Source: Acidobacteriota bacterium (GTDB taxonomy: Bacteria > Acidobacteriota > Vicinamibacteria > Vicinamibacterales > 2-12-FULL-66-21). From it: a DNA stretch of 64,000 bases. Position 1 is the stretch's first letter, and each line of letters opens with the position of its first letter. Shown in pieces: positions 42,281 to 49,527 of the stretch. The position numbers and the translations under genes were made by a program. The notes under the pieces were generated by a model. That model made no database searches and was not told the DNA's origin. It worked only from the letters and a program-made list of their open reading frames with translations. The stretch lies in the NCBI GenBank assembly GCA_031393955.1, contig JANMWI010000015.1, forward strand, positions 7,320 through 71,319. The letters run 5' to 3'.

Positions 42281-44049
42281 GTCTCCTCTCGTCCCTCACC
42301 AATCGCATCTTCTTTGCCTCGGCGCTGCTGGCGGTGCTGACAATTGGCGTCGCCGTCTATCGCGTCAACGTCGCCGTGACGAACCAGGCGGAAAGCGAGC
42401 TGCGGCGCGGCGTCGACGAGGCCGGCACACTGCTCGAGGAGCAGCGCACCTACCTGTTCGATCACTTCACGCGCGAGGCGACGCTGATTGCCGACCTCTC
42501 GAACCTGAAGGCCGCCCTGTATACGAAGGACGCGCCGACCGTGCAGCCGCTCGCCGAAGAGTACCAGCGGCGGATCGGGTCGGATCTATTCGTCGTGACC
42601 GATCCCGCCGGCCATCTCCTCGCCGAGGCCGGACGCCGCCGGATGGCGCGCGACGACCCCGACGCCGCCGACGCGATCGGCCGCGCGACACAGGGACGCG
42701 AAGCGCTGTCGTTGTGGAGCCGTGGCGGCGGGGTCGTCCAGGTCGCGTCGGTGCCGAGCTTCCTCGGGCCTGAGCTGATGGGCACCGTCAGCGTCGGGTC
42801 GAGCCTCGATCAGGAAGCGGCGCGGCGTTTCAGGGCGCTCACGCAGAGCGAAGTGGCGTTCGCCTTCGAACATCAGATCCAGGCGTCGACGCTGCCCGAC
42901 CGGTTCAACGACACCCTCGCGCGGCTCTCGCTGACCGGCCCCGGGGTCGTCGGCACCGTCACCCTCGGCGACAGTGAATATGTCTTCGTCAACCGTCCGC
43001 TGCCGCTGACCTCCGCCGCCATCCGGACGCCCGCCGTCGCGGCGGCGGTGCCGACCGCGCTGATTCTGCGCTCGCGGACCGACCGCCTCCGCTTCCTCCG
43101 CGCCGTCCACCGCGAGCTGGCTGGGACCGCCTTCCTGGCGGTGCTCGCCGCCGTGCTGCTCAGCTACGCGGTCGCGCGGACGGTGACGCGGCCGCTCGGG
43201 GCGATCACCGCGACGATGCGCGAGATGGCGGCGACCGGCGACCTGACGACGAAGATCGCGCTGTCGTCCGGCGCGGGCTGGGACGACGAGGACGCGCGGC
43301 TGGTGGCGACGACGTTCAACACCATGACCGGGTCGATCGCGCGGTTCCAGCGCGAGGCGGCGCAGCGCGAGCGGCTGTCCTCGCTCGGCCGGCTGTCGAC
43401 GGTGGTCGCCCACGAAATCCGCAACCCGCTGATGATCATCAAGGCAGCGCTGCGCGGGCTCAAGCGCGAGCCGGTCGCGGCCGATCACCTGCGGGCCGCG
43501 GTCGCCAACATCGACGAGGAAGTCGCGCGGCTGAACCGGATCGTCTCGGAGGTGCTCGATTTCGCCCGGCCGATCGCCTTCGATCTGGCGCCGGTCGACG
43601 TCAACGCGGTGTGCCGCGACGCCGCCCGGGCGGTCGACGCCGCCGACCAGCCGGCGCCGCCAATCGCGCTCAGCCTCGCCCCGGACCTGCCGGCGGTGGT
43701 GGCCGACGCCGAGCGGCTGCGGCTGGTGCTGGTCAACGTCCTCACCAACGCCCGCCACGCGGTCGCGGCGCGGGCGGCGGCTGCCGAACCAGCCGCGGCC
43801 GCCCCGATCCGGCTGGTGACCTCGGCGACGGCGGCCGGACGCATCGCGATCGAGGTCAGCGACGCCGGCATCGGGATCGACGCCGACGACCTCGGCCGCG
43901 TCTTCGATCCGTTCTTCACGACCCGGCGCGCCGGCACCGGCCTCGGCCTCGCGATTTCACGGAACATCGTCGAGGGACTCGGCGGTACGATAGGCGTCGC
44001 GAGCCGGCCCGGTGCGGGCACGGACGTCCGCATCGAGCTGCCGAGGTGA
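42277..44049 (+). CDS. Sensor histidine kinase (TM, extracytoplasmic sensor, HAMP, HisKA, HATPase_c)
   Basis: The H-box reads LSTVVAHEIRNPL, and G-boxes are DAGIGI and GTGLGLAISR. An N-terminal TM and a second TM precede the HAMP-like TRPLGAITATMREMA. The start overlaps the upstream stop (ATGA). Confidence 0.85.
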   Translation: MSLLSSLTNRIFFASALLAVLTIGVAVYRVNVAVTNQAESELRRGVDEAGTLLEEQRTYLFDHFTREATLIADLSNLKAALYTKDAPTVQPLAEEYQRRIGSDLFVVTDPAGHLLAEAGRRRMARDDPDAADAIGRATQGREALSLWSRGGGVVQVASVPSFLGPELMGTVSVGSSLDQEAARRFRALTQSEVAFAFEHQIQASTLPDRFNDTLARLSLTGPGVVGTVTLGDSEYVFVNRPLPLTSAAIRTPAVAAAVPTALILRSRTDRLRFLRAVHRELAGTAFLAVLAAVLLSYAVARTVTRPLGAITATMREMAATGDLTTKIALSSGAGWDDEDARLVATTFNTMTGSIARFQREAAQRERLSSLGRLSTVVAHEIRNPLMIIKAALRGLKREPVAADHLRAAVANIDEEVARLNRIVSEVLDFARPIAFDLAPVDVNAVCRDAARAVDAADQPAPPIALSLAPDLPAVVADAERLRLVLVNVLTNARHAVAARAAAAEPAAAAPIRLVTSATAAGRIAIEVSDAGIGIDADDLGRVFDPFFTTRRAGTGLGLAISRNIVEGLGGTIGVASRPGAGTDVRIELPR

Positions 44050-44119
44050 TCGGTACGGATCCGCCCGGCGCACGGCCGGCGGCAGCCGACCGCGGTCCCG
44101 GAAACAGGTGCATCGACTG

Positions 44120-45481
44120 ATGACGACAGGTTCGATTCTGCTGGTCGACGATGAGGCGAAGATCCTGGCGGCGCTCGCCGCGGCGCTGCGCGGCGAGGGC
44201 CACGAAGTGATCGCGACCGCCAGCGGCCGCGAGGCGCAGGCGCTGCTGGCGCAGCGGCTGTTCGACGTCCTGGTGGTCGACAACCTGATGCCGGAGGTGA
44301 CCGGGACCGACCTGATTCGCGAGCTCGTCGCCTCGACCCCGGCCGGGGAGCGGCCGCAGATCCTGATGATGACCGCGCATGCCACCGTCGAGAGCGCGAT
44401 CGAGGCGATGAAGCTCGGCGCGCTCGACTACCTGCAGAAGCCGTTCGAGATCGACGAGCTGCTCGTCGTCGTCAGCCGCGCGCTCGAGCACCAGCGGCTG
44501 AGCACCGAGCACCAGTACCTGATCTCCGAGCGCGACGCGGAATTCAACCACTACGGCATCGTCGGCCGGAGCCGGCGGATGCAGGAGGTCATCAATACCG
44601 CGCGGGTCGTCGCGCGCTCGAAGAGCACGATCCTGATCACCGGCGAGACCGGCACCGGCAAGGAACTGGTCGCCCGGGCGATTCACTATCACAGCGCGCA
44701 GCGCGAGATGCCGCTGATCAAGGTGAACTGCGCCGCGATCCCCGAGACGCTGCTTGAGTCGGAGCTGTTCGGCCACGTCCGCGGCGCGTTCACCGGCGCG
44801 ACCACCAACAAGAAGGGGAAATTCGCGCTCGCCGACGGCGGCAGCCTGTTCCTCGACGAGATCGGCACGATGAGCCCGGCGCTCCAGGCCAAGCTGCTGC
44901 GGGTCCTGCAGGAGCGCGAGTTCGAGCCGCTCGGCTCGGAGCGGACCCACAAGGTCGACGTCCGGGTCATCGCCGCGACCAATCGCGATCTGCGCCAGAT
45001 GGTCGCCGACGGCCGGTTCCAGGAGGATCTGTTCTACCGGCTGAATGTGATCCCGATTCACATCCCGCCGCTGCGCGAGCGGCGCGAAGATGTGCCGGTC
45101 CTGGTCGAACACTTCGTCGCCAAGCACGCGCAGCGCGCCGGCAAGCGGATCGACGGGCTCGAGCACGGCGTCATCGAGGTGCTGCAGGCGGCGGAGTGGC
45201 CCGGCAACGTCCGCGAGCTCGAGAACACCGTCGAGCGCGCCGTCGTCCTGACGCCGACCCGGACGATCGGCGCCGACGTGGTCCGCATGCTCGGCGGCAG
45301 CGGCGCCGCGCCGGCGGGCCTGCCGTCGCTCGACCTCCGCCAGAACCTCGACTGGGCGGAGCGCGAGACCGTGCGCCGGGCGCTCGACAACGCCGGCGGC
45401 GTCAAGAAGGACGCCGCCGAGGTCATGGGCATCAGCCAGCGCGCCCTGAGCTACTACCTGGCCAAGCACCGGGTGGAGTGA
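44120..45481 (+). CDS. Sigma-54-dependent response regulator (NtrC family: REC, AAA+ with GAFTGA, Fis-type HTH)
   Basis: REC reads ILLVDDE...DVLVVDNLMPE. Walker A is GETGTGKE, followed by GAFTGA and ESELFGH. The C-terminal HTH reads AAEVMGISQRALSYYLAKH. Confidence 0.9.
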   Translation: MTTGSILLVDDEAKILAALAAALRGEGHEVIATASGREAQALLAQRLFDVLVVDNLMPEVTGTDLIRELVASTPAGERPQILMMTAHATVESAIEAMKLGALDYLQKPFEIDELLVVVSRALEHQRLSTEHQYLISERDAEFNHYGIVGRSRRMQEVINTARVVARSKSTILITGETGTGKELVARAIHYHSAQREMPLIKVNCAAIPETLLESELFGHVRGAFTGATTNKKGKFALADGGSLFLDEIGTMSPALQAKLLRVLQEREFEPLGSERTHKVDVRVIAATNRDLRQMVADGRFQEDLFYRLNVIPIHIPPLRERREDVPVLVEHFVAKHAQRAGKRIDGLEHGVIEVLQAAEWPGNVRELENTVERAVVLTPTRTIGADVVRMLGGSGAAPAGLPSLDLRQNLDWAERETVRRALDNAGGVKKDAAEVMGISQRALSYYLAKHRVE

Positions 45482-45497
45482 GCGCCGCGCCGCACCC

Positions 45498-45531
45498 TTA
45501 CGTCCCTGGTAACGCTTTACGCCCGGGGTAA
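45498..45531 (+). promoter_or_regulatory. Two tandem TTAC-N7-GTAA inverted repeats: candidate enhancer (UAS) for the adjacent NtrC-type activator
   Basis: TTACGTCCCTGGTAA lies at 45498-45512 and TTACGCCCGGGGTAA at 45517-45531, 19 bp centre to centre. They sit about 55-85 bp upstream of the -24 element. Confidence 0.45.
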
Positions 45532-45582
45532 TCCAGCCGCGTCCCATGGCGAGGATTTCTCCATTTTTCAGCGATATCCGGC

Positions 45583-45598
45583 CGGCATCACGCTTGCC
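45583..45598 (+). promoter_or_regulatory. Sigma-54 (-24/-12) promoter
   Basis: CGGCATCACGCTTGCC has GG and GC at the canonical 12-nt register of TGGCAC-N5-TTGC. It is followed by a GGGAGG RBS and the GTG at 45612. Confidence 0.6.
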
Positions 45599-45611
45599 AG
45601 GGAGGACTGCC

Positions 45612-46445
45612 GTGAACCGCGCCCAAATCCTGCTGCTGGCGGGACTGCTTGCCATTCCCGCGGCCGCCGCCGCCCAGGCCCCAAGCCCAGCCGCGCCCGA
45701 GGCCGCCGACCCCGATGCCCGCGTCGATGCGTTGCAGCCCGACTTCAACCTCGCGGCGCTGCCGACGACGCTGCGGATGCCGCTGCACCGGATCGCCTTC
45801 CGGGTGACGCATCGCTTCACCCGTCCGCTCGGCGCGGGAGATTTCGGCGATCTCGCGTCAGATTTCTTCGGCTTCGACTCCGGCGCGCAGATCGGCCTCG
45901 AGCTGCGTTACGGGCTGGCGCGCGGCACCCAGATTGGCATCCATCGCACCAGCGAGCGGACCATCCAGCTGTTCGGCCAGCACAGCATGCTCACGCAGAA
46001 GGACAGAACGCCGTTCGGTCTCGACGCCCTCGCGACGCTGGAAGGGGCCAACAACCTCCACTCCCGCTACCGCAGCACGCTCGGCGTCGCCGCCTCCCGC
46101 AAGGTGGGCCGGATCGCGGCGCTCTATGCCGAACCCCTGCTCGTGCTGAACAGCAATCCGGCCGCGAACCAGGGGTTCGACAACGACACCCTGATGGTCG
46201 GCCTCGGCGGCCGGCTGCGCATCCGGCCGGGCACATACCTCGTCGCCGAGGTGACGCCGCGGCTGGCCGGGTACGAGCCGGGGGTGAATCAGATCAGCTT
46301 CGGCCTCGAAGGACGCGCCGGCGGCCACCTCTTCCAGCTCAACGTCTCGAACGGCTTCGGGACGACGCTCGGTCAGCTGGCCAGCGGGGCGTTCAACAAC
46401 GACAACTGGTTCATCGGCTTCAACATCGCGCGCAAGTTCTTCTGA
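45612..46445 (+). CDS. DUF5777-like membrane-associated beta-barrel protein
   Basis: LPTTLRMPLHRIAFRVTHRF...FFGFDSGAQIGLELRYGL..GTQIGIHRTS matches the pattern I recall for DUF5777. The GTG start (VNRAQILLLAG, signal peptide) sits behind the sigma-54 promoter. The track start at 45546 lies upstream of the promoter. Confidence 0.6.
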   Translation: MNRAQILLLAGLLAIPAAAAAQAPSPAAPEAADPDARVDALQPDFNLAALPTTLRMPLHRIAFRVTHRFTRPLGAGDFGDLASDFFGFDSGAQIGLELRYGLARGTQIGIHRTSERTIQLFGQHSMLTQKDRTPFGLDALATLEGANNLHSRYRSTLGVAASRKVGRIAALYAEPLLVLNSNPAANQGFDNDTLMVGLGGRLRIRPGTYLVAEVTPRLAGYEPGVNQISFGLEGRAGGHLFQLNVSNGFGTTLGQLASGAFNNDNWFIGFNIARKFF

Positions 46446-46475
46446 GGCGCGCGCGGTCGCACTAAGGAGACTCTC

Positions 46476-46886
46476 TTGAACAGCACATGGATACGCGGCG
46501 CCGGTCTGGGTGTTTGGGTCGTGGCGGCGGCGGTTGGCTGCGGCGGCAGCAGCACGCCGACGTCCCCATCGGGTGGCGGCGGCGGCGGGACGCCGACCAG
46601 CGGGGCGACCATCACGATCGGCAGCAACGGCGCGGTCAGTCCCGTGCAGGTGACGATCAACGTCGGCCAGAGCGTGACGTTCGTCAACAGCGACGGCAAG
46701 GCGCACACGATGGATTCGGATCCGCATCCGTCGCACACCGACTGCCCGGCAATCAACACGGTCGGCGCCCTGGCGGCGGGCCAGACCAAGGCCAGCGACG
46801 CGCTGACGACGGCGCGGACCTGCGGCTATCACGATCACAACGACGCCGGGAATGCGAACTTGAAGGGCACGATCGTCATCCGCTAG
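46476..46886 (+). CDS. Cupredoxin-like lipoprotein with His/Cys-rich motifs (paralog 1)
   Basis: The TTG start lies 8 nt after AAGGAG, with a lipobox (AAVGC). Contains VTFVNSDGKAHTMDSDPHPSHTDC ... CGYHDHN ... LKGTIVIR. Confidence 0.65.
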   Translation: MNSTWIRGAGLGVWVVAAAVGCGGSSTPTSPSGGGGGGTPTSGATITIGSNGAVSPVQVTINVGQSVTFVNSDGKAHTMDSDPHPSHTDCPAINTVGALAAGQTKASDALTTARTCGYHDHNDAGNANLKGTIVIR

Positions 46887-46932
46887 GGGCTGGCCGCGCC
46901 GGGGGTGACGCCGGCAATGGCATAATCCCCGG

Positions 46933-47316
46933 ATGCGAATGGTGGTTGGAAGGGCGATGGCGCTGGCGGCCGCGATCGCGGCGGGGGGATGCGGCGGCGG
47001 GTCGCCGGTCGCGCCGAATCCGGCGCCGGCAAACGCCAACGTCGTCACGATCACAGCGGCCGGGGTGAGTCCGAAGGAGATGACCGTGCCGCCTGGCAGC
47101 CGGGTGCTGTTCGTCAACAGCGACTCGCGGCGTCACGACATGGCGTCGGATCCGCATCCCGAGCACAGCGACTGCACGCCCCTCAATTCCGTCGGTGGCC
47201 TGAATCCGGGGCAAAGCCGGGAGACCGGGAACCTGGTCGAGATTCGGGCGTGCGGGTTCCACGACCACGACAATCCCGACAACGCCTCGCTCAAGGGGCG
47301 GATTACCGTTCGCTAG
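46933..47316 (+). CDS. Cupredoxin-like lipoprotein with His/Cys-rich motifs (paralog 2)
   Basis: Lipobox AAGGC. Contains VLFVNSDSRRHDMASDPHPEHSDC ... CGFHDHD ... LKGRITVR, colinear with paralog 1. Confidence 0.65.
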   Translation: MRMVVGRAMALAAAIAAGGCGGGSPVAPNPAPANANVVTITAAGVSPKEMTVPPGSRVLFVNSDSRRHDMASDPHPEHSDCTPLNSVGGLNPGQSRETGNLVEIRACGFHDHDNPDNASLKGRITVR

Positions 47317-47377
47317 CGATTCGACAACTCACGCTTCGAAATAGCGACTTGCGCTAGAGTGCGTGTCCCGAAGGCGT

Positions 47378-47596
47378 CTAGTATTCGTCTTCGTTGCTCC
47401 ACAGGCTCTCGATCGGTGAGGTCGCGTCGGCATCGGAGCTGGCGGACCAGGGCGCGGACGGACCGGACAGCCGATTGTGAATCTGCGCCCGCAGCCAGGC
47501 GATCGCATCGGGCTCCGCGGCGCGGAGCGCCTTCCAGTCGGCCTCCGGCAGGACGAGGGTCAGGGTTCGGGTCGGTACGGCATCGGCGTCGATCAT
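47378..47596 (-). CDS. Small hypothetical protein (72 aa), possible ribbon-helix-helix N-terminus, acidic tail WSNEDEY
   Basis: An isolated ORF in a lower-GC spacer. The N-terminal TRTLTLVLPEADWKAL resembles an RHH beta-strand/helix. Support is weak. Confidence 0.35.
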   Translation of the reverse strand: MIDADAVPTRTLTLVLPEADWKALRAAEPDAIAWLRAQIHNRLSGPSAPWSASSDADATSPIESLWSNEDEY

Positions 47597-47723
47597 GATC
47601 CGATGATAAAGAAGCCGCTGCGCGCGGTCGCGCAGAAGTTTCAGATGCTATCGATGCCGGCGGCACATGGACCGCGCATGCCCGGCGCACATGCCATCCA
47701 TGCGCCCGGGATATCGCACGGCG

Positions 47724-48437
47724 CTACGACGCGGTCTCGCCGGGCTTGAGGACGAGCAGATCGATCGCCGGATCGAGCGCCGCGCGCATCGCCTCGGGCG
47801 TACCGGACAGCACCGGGTAGGTCCCGAAGTGCATCGGCACCACCTGGCGGACGCCGAGCAGCCGCGCGGCGCGCGCCGCGCCGTCTGGCCCCATCGTGAA
47901 ATATCCGCCAATCGGCAGGAACGCAATCCGCGGCGCGTACATCTCGGCGATCAGCCGCATGTCGCCGAACACCGCCGTGTCGCCGGCGAAGTAGAAGACG
48001 TCGCCGTCCTCCATCCGGACTACGAAGCCGGCCGGCTCCCCCAGGTACACCGTCGTGTCCTGCTCGACGACGCTGCTGCTGTGCACCGCCGGCACCATCG
48101 TCACGCTGACCCCGGCGATGTCGAGGGTCCCGCCAATCCCCATGCCGTGGACCCCCTTGAGCCCCTTGCGCTCGCACCACCGCGCCAGCTCGGTGATCGC
48201 GACGATCGGCGCGCCGGTCGCGCGCGAGACCGGGACGACGTCGCCGGTGTGATCCGAGTGGCCGTGCGAGAGGAGGATCAGATCCGCGGCGGCGATGTGC
48301 GTCAGGCCGGGCGGGCACAGCGGATTCCCCTCGAGCCAGGGGTCGGTGACGATGCGGCGGCCGCCCGGGGTGGTGATGAGGAACGTCGCGTGCCCGTACC
48401 AGGTGAAGGAGAGCCGACCCACAGCCATCCTCCCCAT
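47724..48437 (-). CDS. UPF0173-type metal-dependent hydrolase (metallo-beta-lactamase fold)
   Basis: Contains LSFTWYGHATFLI, LLSHGHSDHTGD and VPMHFGTYP. The start is ambiguous between the ATG at 48437 and the ATG at 48428. The track start at 48680 is not supported. Confidence 0.75.
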   Translation of the reverse strand: MGRMAVGRLSFTWYGHATFLITTPGGRRIVTDPWLEGNPLCPPGLTHIAAADLILLSHGHSDHTGDVVPVSRATGAPIVAITELARWCERKGLKGVHGMGIGGTLDIAGVSVTMVPAVHSSSVVEQDTTVYLGEPAGFVVRMEDGDVFYFAGDTAVFGDMRLIAEMYAPRIAFLPIGGYFTMGPDGAARAARLLGVRQVVPMHFGTYPVLSGTPEAMRAALDPAIDLLVLKPGETAS

Positions 48438-48578
48438 TCTATCCAACGACTCGCCGGAAACGGGGACACTCACCTTTAGGCTAAGTCGTTGCAACGGCTG
48501 AGGCTCCGGGATCACCCCCCCGGATCGCCGCGGGGGCGTGCCGGCGGCCGGGCGCCAGGCCTGTCTGCCCGGACCCGC

Positions 48579-48584
48579 TATAAT
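48579..48584 (+). promoter_or_regulatory. Consensus -10 hexamer TATAAT only 10 nt upstream of the lipA ATG
   Basis: CCGCTATAATCGTTGTATCGATG shares the same CCGCTATAAT decamer seen at 40346-40355. No SD sequence fits in the 10-nt gap. Confidence 0.3.
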
Positions 48585-48594
48585 CGTTGTATCG

Positions 48595-49515
48595 ATGCAG
48601 ACCGTTCCCCTGAACTTCATCCGCGGCCGGAAGAAGCGCGCCGAGGAGCTGCCGCGGCAGCCGAAACCGGCCTGGCTCAAGGTCCGCGCCCCGGGCTCGG
48701 AAAACTATCTCCGTCTCAAAGGCATCATGCGGACGCTCGGCCTGCATACGGTCTGCGAGGAAGCCAACTGCCCGAACATCGGCGAGTGCTGGAACCACGG
48801 CACCGCGACGTTCATGATTCTCGGCGATACCTGCACCCGCTCGTGCGGCTACTGCAACGTCACGCATGGCACGCCGCGTCCGGCCGACGCCGACGAGCCG
48901 GTCAAGGTCGCCAGCGCCATCCACGCGATGGCGCTCGACTACGTTGTTATCACCTCCGTCGACCGTGATGACCTGCCCGACTGCGGCGCCGGTCACTTCG
49001 CGCGGACGATTGCCGAGACCCGTCAGCGGACGCCGCACTGCCGCATCGAGGTCCTGATCCCGGACTTCAAAGGATCCGAGGCCTCGCTGCGGGTCGTGCT
49101 CGACGCCGGTCCCGACGTCCTCAATCACAACATCGAGACCGTGCCGCGGCTCTATCGCACCGCCCGGCCGGGCGGCCGCTACGACCGCGCGCTCGAAGTG
49201 CTGGATCGATCGCGGACGCTGGCGCCGGCGATTCCCACCAAGTCCGGACTGATGGTCGGCCTCGGCGAGGAGTGGGATGAAGTGGTGGCGACGCTCGGCG
49301 ACCTGCGCGCGGCCGGCTGCCAGATCGTCACGATCGGCCAGTATCTCCGGCCGTCGCTCGCCAACCTGCCGATGGTGCGCTATTACACGCCGCAGGAGTT
49401 CGCCGAGCTCAAGCGGATCGCGCTCGCGCTCGGTTTCGGACACGCCGAATCCGGACCACTCGTGCGCAGCTCGTACCACGCCCACGAACAGGTGGCGGCG
49501 CTCGAGCAGCGCTAG
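48595..49515 (+). CDS. lipA: Lipoyl synthase
   Basis: Contains KPAWLKVRAP, CEEANCPNIGECW (auxiliary cluster) and CTRSCGYC (radical SAM CxxxCxxC). Confidence 0.95.
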   Translation: MQTVPLNFIRGRKKRAEELPRQPKPAWLKVRAPGSENYLRLKGIMRTLGLHTVCEEANCPNIGECWNHGTATFMILGDTCTRSCGYCNVTHGTPRPADADEPVKVASAIHAMALDYVVITSVDRDDLPDCGAGHFARTIAETRQRTPHCRIEVLIPDFKGSEASLRVVLDAGPDVLNHNIETVPRLYRTARPGGRYDRALEVLDRSRTLAPAIPTKSGLMVGLGEEWDEVVATLGDLRAAGCQIVTIGQYLRPSLANLPMVRYYTPQEFAELKRIALALGFGHAESGPLVRSSYHAHEQVAALEQR

Positions 49516-49527
49516 GCGCGGCCCGGC

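Noticed and set aside
46446-46475. A sigma-54-like AGGCGCGCGCGGTCGCA upstream of the first cupredoxin-like lipoprotein, and TGGCATAATCCCCGG upstream of the second (about 46913-46927).
   Set aside because: The GG-to-GC spacing is off by one in the first. The second has GG instead of GC at -12. Both genes are more simply explained as co-transcribed from the 45583 promoter.
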